64,000 nt of DNA, taken from contig NC_043001.1 of the NCBI RefSeq assembly GCF_006345805.1, positions 80,228,001 through 80,292,000 of the forward strand. The letters are read 5' to 3'. Under the pieces are notes generated by a model. That model ran no database searches. It was given only the letters and a program-made list of their open reading frames with translations, and had not been told where the DNA came from. The translations under genes and the position numbers were made by a program. Shown one piece after another: positions 53,912-64,000 of this stretch. Position 1 is the stretch's first letter. Each line of letters opens with the position of its first letter. The DNA comes from Octopus sinensis (lineage: Eukaryota).

Positions 53912-56790
53912 TTGCCTTGGCTTCGCTGACGAAGATTCGGAAGATCGTTGTCCACGTTGTCTGCACGCTCGTTCGTGGCTGATGTGGGATAGACATATCC
54001 GATTGCAATGATGACAGAGGTATGAGTGTCCAGAGTTTGATGATGCTGCTGCGTTATTTTTTCGCCTCTCATGTTTGTCTTCAAGAGAGGCGCTGCGAGA
54101 GATCTCAAAGAAAGAAACAGCATTGCTGATGGTATGGCACCAAGCAACACGGTCAGCTGTTAGAGTGAAGAACTCACGATAATCAATGTCACAAACGCTA
54201 AGTGATTGCTTCAGGCAGTTCTTGAAACGCTTATTTGGTGCCCCCTTTTGTGGTGGCCAGTGTACATGGTGATCTTGGGTAGGCGGTGGTCTTCCATCTT
54301 GTCAACGTGTCCTGCCCAATGTAGACGTGTCTCAAATAAAACAGCTTCCAGGCTGGTGAACTTTGCTCACTTGAGGACCTCAGTGTTGGTGATGTAGTCG
54401 CTCCAGTAGATGTTGAGGATGGTACGAAAGCAGTGTTGGTGAAAACATTCAAGGAGCCTGAGACGGCAGCGGTCAGGGACCCAGGATTCAGAGCCATATA
54501 GAAGTGTTGTGAGGACGACGGTCCTGTAGACTCTGACTTCTGTGATGATTTTAAGATTATTATTCCACACAAGCTTGTGCTGTCCGCCAAATGCTTTGTT
54601 TGCCTATGCAAGTGTGTTGTCAATTTCTTAAGTGAACTGCTGTACCGACTTCAGTTCTGTTTCGGTAATGGTGGTGTGGGGTATCCTTTAATCATCCTGA
54701 GGAGCTGGTTGGTGTAGGATTTCAGTATTTTTTCAAGCTTACTTCCAACCCGAAGAGCTGGGCGGCCTCTGAAAAGCAGGATGTGATGCACTGCAGGGCT
54801 CTTTCTATGTGTGCGACAAGTGCGGCATCACCTGCAAAAAGGAGATCCTGGACCACTTGGTCTTGAGTCTTGGTGCGAGCCAGTACGCGCTGGAGCTTGA
54901 AAAGACTGCCGTCCAGACGGCACCTGATGTAGACGCCGTCTTCAGCGTCAAGGACTGCACTGGCCTGCTTGAGCATCATGCTGAAGAAGATGCTGAAGAG
55001 AATTGTTGCTAGAACACTGCCCTGCTTTATGCTGTTGTTTATGAGGAATGACACTGATATGTTGCTATTCAGGCAGACTTGTCCTTGTTGGTCTTTGTGG
55101 TGCTGGATGATCATGGTTAGGAATTTAGGGGGACAAAGTCGGTTTAGGATCTGCCACAGACCTTTCCTGCTCATAGTGTCGAACTCTTTTGTCAGATCGA
55201 GAAATGTTACATAAAGTGATTTGTTTTGCTTCCGGTAATTTTCCTAGAGCTGCGAGAGAACGAAATCCATATCTGTTGTGCTCCAGTTGGCTCTGAAACC
55301 ACATTAGCTTTCTGGAAGAGAATTTCAGGCAATGGACAAGACAAGTGTGTTGAGGAGTAGTCTTGCTAGAACTTCTCCTGCAGTGGAAAGCAGGTTGATC
55401 CCCCGGTAGTTTGAGCAGTCTGACTTATGGAGGATTGCATTTTCCTGGACAGCTCGGTTTCTACTGAAAAGAACCTGAAGGTATTCAGACCAGCCGTTGA
55501 GAGTGGATGCTGTGTCTGTGAGAAATGCCTAGGCATCTGAGCTGCGCAGGAGACTCCGGACTTGATGTGCTGGGCTGTAGACTGCTTTGAGAGCTTCATA
55601 GAAACCCCTGTAGTCGCCTGAGTCAGCACACAGCTGGGTTCTCCGTGCAAGGTTGATCCACCACTCATTCTGAACTTCACGGAATTTGCGCTGCGGAAAG
55701 CTGCAGGCTTGGCAAAAGGCAGCTTTCTTCACTTGGCAGGTCGGTTGTGCCAATTATGCTTGGTGGACATACTTCTTTAATAATTCCTGGAGCAGCACAT
55801 CGTTCTCGTCAAACCAATCCTTGTTCTCTTTCTTCGTAAACCCATAGATTTCTGCAGAGGTCTGTAGGATAGCGGTTTTCAGTTTTTCCCATAGGATTTC
55901 TGGAAAGGGATTTCATGAGCGATTGGATATATCAAGTTTTGCCTGTAGTGCTGCCTGAAAGTTTATCTGCAGATCGCTAGCTTTGATTTTCTTGTCATTG
56001 GCCGGTCCTGTTTCCTTTGTTGGTTTGGGCTTGAAGTGGGGTTTGAATTTGCAACGGACCAGGTGATGGTCAGTATAGCACAACTCTGGTGCGCATGACA
56101 TGACGTCAGACGTAGGACATAGTCAACGAGGTGCTAATGCTTTGATCGGGGATGCATCCAGGTTGTTTTCAGACTGTCTCTTTGCTGGAAAATGGCATTG
56201 GTGATGAGGAGCTAATGTTCGGTGCAAACTCAAGCAAGAGTTGCTCGTTGTCGTTGAAGTTTCCAATCCCATGCTTTCCGAGGACTCCTTTCCAAGTTTC
56301 TGAATCTCGGTCCACACTGGCATTGGAATCTCCTAGGATTATGACTTTATCATCGACGGGGCTTCTCTGGGGGAGTCTGCACAGGTCTGAGTAGAACATG
56401 CCCTTGTCAGCTGGGTCTGCTTAGAGGGTCGGAGAGTAAACACAGATCGTGACATGCCGCTTGTTTTCCAGAGGGAGGCGAATGGAGATGATGCGGTCAG
56501 AATGACCTGCCGGTGAGGTTTCCAGCATTCATGCAATGGAGTTTCTTATCATGAAACCGACATCTGAACGGCGTCTTTCTGATGGGGGTTTGCCTGACCA
56601 ATAAGGGTATATCCAACACCATGTTCATTTACGCTGCCTTCTGGGAGCCGGACCTCACTAAGGGCTGTATATCAATTTCTAGCCTGAACAGTTCATGTGC
56701 AATAAGAGCGGATCAGCGGTCTGGTCGACCCCTATCGCTTGTTTCAAGAATGGCTCTGACGTTCCAATATACGATCTTCAAACATTTGGC
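53912..56790 (-). mobile_element. RTE-clade (BovB-like) LINE, ~2.9 kb, decayed, 5' UTR apparently absent
   Basis: APE 'KIVYWNVR', 'ALSEVRL', 'VIILGDSNA', 'TDHHLVRC'; RT 'NYRGINLL', 'KQGSVLATILFSIFFS', 'LLFAGDAAL'; C-terminus 'RLHWAGHV'; 3' end 'cttcgtcagcgaagccaaggc' plus (AT)n. Many frameshifts. Confidence 0.92.
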
Positions 56791-56951
56791 AATATTTGAA
56801 GAGCGTTTGTAAAATCTGACTAGGATGTTAAGAAACACCTACATTGCTAGAAATAAGAGTTAAATCCCTCTAATGCTGTAGTTTACGCACATGAATGAAA
56901 ACATATACACTAATAGGGACCTGCATCGTCCCAAAATGCCGATTGAGAATT

Positions 56952-57000
56952 CTTGATATTGACGTCAATTTCGGAAATTTCTGGTGTCTCGTCAGTCAAA
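56952..57000 (-). ncRNA. Type I hammerhead motif upstream of the RTE
   Basis: Reverse complement: tttga CTGACGA gacaccagaaatttcc GAAA ttgacgtcaa UA tcaag. Perfect palindromic stem III, weak stem II. Confidence 0.65.
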
Positions 57001-57065
57001 CCCGCTTAGAGAGAGAAAGATAGATAGACAGACGGACAAACAAATAGACAGATAGATAGCTAAAC

Positions 57066-57099
<34 letters not shown>

Positions 57100-57236
57100 G
57101 GAGATGTACTCGCATAGCAAGTGATTTGATCTAAGGTCGTGAGCTGGAACGAAAACAATTGCAGCGTGGAAGGTGTTTGTAAGCCATTTAAGAAACACAC
57201 AAAAGCCGTTCGATTCACTTCAACATTTAAGTTTAA

Positions 57237-57285
57237 TTTGTCAAAATATTTTCGTCGCTAAAATCCGCGACTGTTCACTGACAAA
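57237..57285 (-). ncRNA. Hammerhead-like fold with G3-C8 swapped core
   Basis: Reverse complement: tttgtca GTGAACA gtcgc-ggatttta-gcgac GAAA atat UU tgacaaa. Confidence 0.6.
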
Positions 57286-57302
57286 AAGATGCAGCACGGA
57301 TT

Positions 57303-57352
57303 TTTGTCAGTGAACAGGTCGCGGATTCTAGCGACGAAAATATTTTGACAAA
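57303..57352 (+). ncRNA. Hammerhead-like fold with G3-C8 swapped core (second copy)
   Basis: tttgtca GTGAACA g gtcgc-ggattcta-gcgac GAAA atat UU tgacaaa. Confidence 0.6.
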
Positions 57353-57430
57353 TTAAACTTAAATGTTGAAGTGAATCGAACGGCTTTTGTGTGCTTCTTA
57401 AATGGCTTACAAACACCTCCACGCTGCAAT

Positions 57431-57479
<49 letters not shown>

Positions 57480-57504
57480 CATAAAAAAAACACTTAACTT
57501 TTGT

Positions 57505-57780
57505 CTGACAAAGGGAGTTATCCCCATGGTACATGGATGGCGATTTCAGATTTTGATGTAGACCATCTTAACCTTGACAGTGACTCTTTGAAACACATTT
57601 CAAAAGCCACAAAAGCACTGGACTTAATGACTGACAGTCGAGTTTAACCCTAGGCGTTAAGAGTCGCTGACGAGGAATAAGATGGTCTACATCAAAATCC
57701 GAAATCACAATCCGGTTATGTACGCCGGGGACTTATCTCCCTTCGTCAGTCATTAAGTTCAGTGCTTTTGTGGCTTTTGA
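57505..57780. repeat. Interleaved inverted repeats (C-A-B...A'-C'-B'), pLTR-like
   Basis: 57541-57588 pairs with 57659-57706; 57507-57534 with 57718-57747; 57600-57635 with 57745-57780. Confidence 0.8.
57662..57717 (+). ncRNA. Type I hammerhead motif with decayed stem III
   Basis: agtcg CTGACGA gga..gatg/catc..tcc GAAA tcacaa UC cggtt. Confidence 0.55.
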
Positions 57781-58033
57781 GTTGTTTTAACTCTTATCTT
57801 TGGCAAACGCTGTGGTAGCCAGTACCCTCTGTCACTTTTGGTGACCTCTGTTAATTTTGTCGTTAGGTTCTAATTCCAACTAAGCGCCCCCTTTTTTTTT
57901 ATTTGTTATATATATAAGGAAACTTACCTCATTGAAAAATATAAACCAAAACTTAAGTATTTCTAAAATGTTATTCTATAAAAGCTAAATCATGTCAAAT
58001 TAACAAAACCTAATCATTTTCCAGCATTTTTGA

Positions 58034-58133
58034 NNNNNNNNNNNNNNNNNNNNNNNNNNNNNNNNNNNNNNNNNNNNNNNNNNNNNNNNNNNNNNNNNNN
58101 NNNNNNNNNNNNNNNNNNNNNNNNNNNNNNNNN
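58034..58133. other. Assembly gap of 100 N
   Basis: Run of exactly 100 N; true gap size unknown. Confidence 0.99.
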
Positions 58134-59664
58134 TTTTATTCTTGAAGCCTTCTAATTATTCTAACCGTCTCTTATGCCGAACTGCTAGCTTACGGGGACG
58201 TAAGCAAACCAGCAACCAACACTGGTTGTCAAGCATTGGTGACGGACAAACACTATCCGGGCATATCCGCACATAATTCGCACGATAAATGTATATAAGT
58301 CGTGGACTGACAAAATGATTCGTCTCCGACTCCTGTTCAGGTACGTGATGTTTATAAGCCGCAAAAATAGCGAAACATCGATGTATATCAGTCCTGGATG
58401 GGATTAAAGGTGAGTTATCTCGCTTGTTCATGACTTTTAGTAGTTGTTTTAACACCCAACGCTTTGAGAGAGTATTCTCCACCATGCCAAACTGCAGCCT
58501 ACCGACAAATACACAAAGCATATACGTTAGATACATGCAGTTGATAACGCTTATTACACTGACGCAGCTTGTATTCCACACACACACACACACAACACAC
58601 ACACACATACACACACACATACACACACAGGCACACACACACATATATGCATATTTATGTGTGTGTGTAGTGAGTGAACGTTAGAATATGAAAGTGTAGG
58701 GATAAGCGTGCAAGTGTTTTATGTAGACCCGTGAGTGTGTGTGCATATGTGTATGCATGTATGTGCAGTAATGTCTGTATTTGAGTGTATATGCATGTGT
58801 TAGCGTATATACATGTTTATGTGTGTGGATATAAGTATCCATAAATTATATATAGGTGTATATATTTTTACCTTTCTGTATTGGTAAGAAACGTTAAGAG
58901 TACCAACGTTTACGAAACGTTAGAGCACCAAAAATTTTACTAATTCCGAAACCATCACTCATACCATCACAATCCTAAAGTACCAGGATTATTCTTAATA
59001 TGATTAAGGTGTCACACCGGGCAAATTACTTAGTGGTATTTCTTCCGTCTTTACGTTCAGAGTTCAAATTCCACTGGGGTCGATTTCGCCTTTCCTCCTT
59101 TCGAGGGTCGATAAACTAGATAACAGTCAAGTACTAAGGTCGATGTAACTAATATCTTCTTCCCCTAAAAATGTTTTGGACTTGAACCAAACTTTGAAAA
59201 CATTGTTAATATTTTAAAGGCGACTAGCTGGCAAAATCATTAGCACGCTGAACGAAATGCGGAGCGGGTCGATAACTTAAGTACCAGTTCTGCATTAGAG
59301 ATGATCAAATTGACTTAGCTCCTCCTCCAAAATTGCTAGCCTTATGTCAACATTTCAAATCAATGTAATTAATATGTCAAGCTGGTAGAATTGTTAGCAC
59401 GCAGGACAAATCACTTAGCTGCATTCTTCCGCCTCTACGTTCTGAGTTCAAAATTCCTTAGAGGAATTTCGACACCACATTTCATCTTCTTATGGCCGAT
59501 AAAATAAAGACCAGTTCAGTACTGGGTTTGATATGATTGGCTAGCTCTTTCGCACAAAATTTCATACCTTGTGCTTAAAACAGAAACAATTCTTAAAACC
59601 GCTGAAGTCATCCTCACCACCACAATCACCACCATCACAATCTAAAGTACCAAAATTTGGCGCA

Positions 59665-60330
59665 GGTGCGGCTGTTTGAAAAGAAGTTTGCTTCCCAATC
59701 AAACGGTTCCCTGTTCAGTGCCACTGTGTGGCACCGTGAGCGAATGCTTTCTACTATTGCCTCGAGGCAATGAAAGCCCTGTAGACGGAAACTGAAAGAA
59801 GTCGGATAAGGCGGCGAGCTGGCAGAAACGTTAGCACGCCGGGCGAGATGCTTAGCAGTATTTCGCCTGCCGTTACGTTCTGAGTTCAAATTCCGCCGAA
59901 GTCGACTTTGCCTTTCATCCATTCGGGGTCGATAAATTAAGTACAGTTACGCACTGGGGTCGATGTAATCGACTTACTGCCTTTGTCTGTTCTTGTTTGT
60001 CACCCCTATGTTTAGCCCCTTGTGGGCAATATGGAAATAGGAAACTGAAAGAAGTCCGTCGTGTATGTATGTGTATGTGTATGTGTATGTGTGTGCATGT
60101 ATGTATGTACATCTGTGTGTGTGTTTGATTCTGTGTTCGTTACTCCTTTACCACTGCTTGACAACCAGTTTTCGTGCTCTTACGCCCCCGTAACTTAACG
60201 GTTCGGTAAAAAGAACCGATAGAATAAGTGCCAGGCTTAAAAAATTGTACTAAGGTCGATTCATTCGACTATAAGTTCTTCAATGTGGTGCCCCAGTATG
60301 GCCGCGGTGTAATGACTGATTCAAGTAAAA
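59665..60330 (+). mobile_element. SINE family A split by a family B insertion (B at about 59808-60039)
   Basis: Exact 17-bp duplication ggaaactgaaagaagtc at 59787-59803 and 60040-60056. Confidence 0.8.
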
Positions 60331-60441
60331 GCTAATAGATTATTATTACCACCTAAATCATCACGAGCATCTAAGCCATCACTACCACTAAATTTACAAC
60401 TAAAAGTACCACCGCCGCCATCGTCATCATCACCATCGTCG

Positions 60442-60479
<38 letters not shown>

Positions 60480-60694
60480 TCATCACCATCATGGTCCCCA
60501 TCATCATCCTCATTACCACAGTCATCATCATCGCCACCAGCAATAGGAGCTGCTGTCTTCGCACCTCACATCTCCTTTACATATTCCCTGCACCACTCAG
60601 CAGCCGATTTTTTTTTCTTTTCGTTATTGCAATCAAGCATGAACTGCAGTATTGCTGCATCTAGTGATGCAACGCAGCAGTGAAAACGTGCGCA

Positions 60695-60737
<43 letters not shown>

Positions 60738-61145
60738 ATACATACATCCGTTTATTTAGGCACACTTTCAAAAAATATTCACAAGATATATGCAGAAGCA
60801 CAGTTATACAAAAAACGACAAACAGCTTAGCGCATACCTAGACAAAAATAATTATAGCTAAATTTATAATTACGCATGAATTGTATTCATACATGCACAT
60901 ACATACGCACATGCGCACTCACACACACATACAAAGAGAATGCTCATATGCATATGCAGTACCAACGATATAGATACGTACACACACATGCAGGCACGGT
61001 GTTCGCGTACATGTGTGCGTTAAGACACGCTTATGCACAAACACAAAGGCATATTTGTTTACACAGAGATATGTACATACACTCTCGCTCTCCTTTACAC
61101 AAGGATGTAACATGCATGCACCACGCTTACACACGTTCATATATA

Positions 61146-61592
61146 TACCGTAAATCCTCGAGTATAATCCACACTTTTTTCCCAAAATTTAAAGGTCAAA
61201 ATCCCTAGTGCGTACTATATACGAGGTTAAAAATGAAAAATATTTTCTAAGCAATGTCCGAGTCTCTCTTTGCTGTCCGGCAATGCTTATTCAGACGCAT
61301 TTTGTGATGTTGGGCGCGAAAATACCATAAGCTAAGCCTGAAAGCAATGAAGTCATAAAAGAATCATCCATAACTTGCAGTAAGCAACATTTATTTAAAA
61401 AAAAAGTATTCAGAACACAGAATAACATGTCACGAAAACAATTTGCAAACAGATTTACATTCCCATTATTGTATTACGCATGCGCGGAACTGTTTGTTCG
61501 ACTAGGTGCTGCTAGCTTAATTACACACGACTCAAGTGGTGCGTATTACACACAATGTACAGCCCCCTAAGAATCCCCTGCGTATTATACTC
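61146..61592. mobile_element. Non-autonomous Tc1/mariner-superfamily (Tc2-like) element
   Basis: Left end 'taccgtaaatcctcgagtataatcc'. Subterminal 'tgcgta(c/t)tat' motif repeated. Right end reduced to 'gcgtattatactc'. Confidence 0.5.
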
Positions 61593-61784
61593 ATATATAT
61601 TTGGCTATAGGATGTCACTAATGGGGTAAATGGCATGAACAACGTAAACAACGAGAAAAAATGGAGAACAGGACAAGTAAACACAGAGAAAGGACCCTTC
61701 ATCTGTTGTCGGCTGTCTATCTACTTCTCGTTTCTAGCATTCAATGACAACTATCTTCAATACTGAGAATCTCTGGATGTCATC

Positions 61785-61900
<116 letters not shown>

Positions 61901-61978
61901 GCATATATATATATATATATATACATGTACATAAATACATACATATATATATCCACACACACACATACACACATAATT

Positions 61979-62055
<77 letters not shown>

Positions 62056-62552
62056 TGTATTTATGCATGTATATATGAGTGTATATAAGCCCAGACATGA
62101 GAGAGATGCAAGAAATCTGACCCAAAAGAGCGAGTTAGTCTTCTCCAAGGGGGATACCTTGACAAAGCCCAGGGGCCTTTCGTTTCAACCAGCTAAACAC
62201 TGAAACAAAGGCAAATACACACACACACACACACACACACTACCAAATCCACTCACAAAGCCGACCTGAGGTTACATTTGAGCACATTCCTAAGGTGCCA
62301 CTTAATGGGACTGAATCCAGAACCATGTGGTTGGGCGTAAAGCTTCTTAACACACACACACACATTACTGAATGGCCGTTGACTCTCTTTTGCCTTTCGA
62401 CAGGTTTTGTGTTTTGTCCCGCAAAACATCCAATAAATCACCCTCTTCAGAAAGCTTGGTATGGTTACCGGTTTATTCGTCGATGATCCAATCATGCGAC
62501 AGGTTGTACTGGGTTACATATTACCAGTAGCTCTTGAGAGCGACCAGATATA

Positions 62553-62585
<33 letters not shown>

Positions 62586-62732
62586 TGTATGTATGTATGT
62601 ATGTATGTATGTATGTATGTATGTACGCATGCATATGTGTATCTAGGTATGCATATGTGAGTTAAATGCGCTTTGTATTGAGTACTTCATCTTTTGTTAG
62701 ACGTAGGACAAGGCTGTGTGGTAAGTAGCTAT

Positions 62733-63152
62733 AAGCGTAGGAGTAGCTGTGTGGTAAGTAGCTTGCTTACCAACCACATAGTTCTTAATTCAGTCCCACT
62801 GCGTGGCACCTTGGGGAAGTGTCTTCTACTATAGCCTCGAGCCGAATAAAGCCTTGTGAGTGGTTTTGGTAGACGGAAACTGAGAGAAGCCCGTCGTATA
62901 CATGTATATATGTATATATATATGTACGTGTATGTATATGCTTGTGTGTCTGTGTTTGTCTCCCCAACATCGCTTAACAACCGACAGTGGTATGTTTACG
63001 CCCCCGCAGCTTAGCGGTTCGCCAAAAGGGACCGATGGAATAAGTACTAGGCTTACAAAGAATAAGTCCTAGGGTCGATTTGCTCGACTAAAGGCGGTGC
63101 TCCAGCATGGCCACAATCAAATGACTGAAACAAGTAAAAGAGTAAAAGAGTA
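62733..63152 (+). mobile_element. SINE family A, full length
   Basis: Same head, body and tail as 47572-47995. A partial head duplicate lies at 62712-62730. Confidence 0.88.
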
Positions 63153-63477
63153 ACGAGCAATTATTTATTTGTATACACCCACATACAAACAACACACACA
63201 CACACACCACACACACACGCATACCCAAATGTCTAAATATTTTTCGACAGTCACTGTTATATCAAAATTATGCTAAGATTTATTGTCGATGATATTTCGA
63301 GTATTATCCAAACGATTTTATAGTGATATTCATAGTAATATAGTTTATTGATATATCGTTGTTATATATATATATAGGTACCATTTTGTTTATCACTCTA
63401 TGCATAGAAATATTTGTGAGCACCGTGGAAAGGAAACATTTATAAAATGGCGGATAACGTTTCTTTATCATCTAGAG

Positions 63478-63690
63478 CAGCGGTCCCCAGCCATTTTGTT
63501 GCATCACGGGCCTGTTTCATACAAGACAATTTTTCCACGGAACGGAGAACCATTTGCATAACAAAACGCAATAAAGTGCATAGTATATAATTTAATTATT
63601 AGACATATAATACAAATAGTCACATATATAATACATTTATGGTGCAAAAATACTCTGCTGATTGCAATGTAGCCTAGTGGTGGTCGGCCC
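63478..63690. mobile_element. hAT (Charlie/MER1-like) terminus
   Basis: 'cagcggtccccagccatttt...gaagacaatttttccacgg'-type end immediately after 'atctagag', which fits the NTCTAGAN Charlie target. Confidence 0.55.
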
Positions 63691-64000
63691 TTTTGTAGGT
63701 CCTGTGCATGTGAACCGTCTGAAGCACACTTTGTTGACCTGGAAGAGCCTGTACCCTTCTCTGATAGATTAATGGAACTTCGAATACCATGACTAGACTT
63801 GGGGTGAATACTGCAGTGGTTTCCTGTTGCCTTCTTAAGACAAGTGGGATTTGAACTTCGTATGTAGAGAGACGGAAGATATAAACCGTAAAGCATTTCT
63901 TCCGACGCACCAACGAAGCTGCCAAACTTTCATCTGCAGAGCAACGTCGAATAAAGTACTTTGCTCAAGAACACAACGTGCTGCCCTGTCCGGGAATCGA

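Larger units (their letters stand above)
57157..57431. repeat. Near-perfect hairpin with 131-bp arms (57157-57287 / 57301-57431) and a 13-nt spacer
   Basis: Arms are reverse complements with few mismatches. (TA)n on the right flank and about 60 bp from the left arm. Confidence 0.95.

Noticed and set aside
53925-53945. CTGACGA near the RTE 3' end
   Set aside because: Antisense to the RTE terminus, with no GAAA or stems.
62404-62458. Candidate exon with a good acceptor and gtatgg donor
   Set aside because: Only 55 nt with an uninformative peptide; expected by chance.
63695-63795. Exon-like ORF ending PVPFSDRLMELRIP
   Set aside because: Resembles an RTE AP-endonuclease fragment rather than a host exon.

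Overview
This 64-kb window is repeat-saturated animal genomic DNA. The SINE, microsatellite and Penelope repeats resemble those I recall from octopod cephalopods; that host assignment is inference. I found no recognisable host gene, and nearly all ORF-track entries are microsatellite translations. Transposable elements: three 5'-truncated R4/Dong-type RT+RLE retroelements in (TAA)n tracts, four copies of a non-coding (TAA)n-associated element, a decayed ~2.9-kb RTE-type LINE, an internally deleted mariner, several MITE/hAT ends, many tRNA-derived SINEs and a tRNA-Asp fragment. There is a 100-N gap. The main unexplained signal is a dense set of type I hammerhead ribozyme (HHR) folds in ORF-less Penelope-pLTR-like repeats, usually next to (TA)n. 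They include a ~466-bp tandem-then-inverted array with 4 HHRs, a 1387-bp tandem pair with 2 HHRs, two minimal HHRs, one HHR co-oriented upstream of the RTE, and a palindrome with two copies of a G3-C8 swapped core (GUGAACA). All folds were assigned by eye and none has been tested for activity. Element boundaries are approximate unless a junction sequence is quoted.
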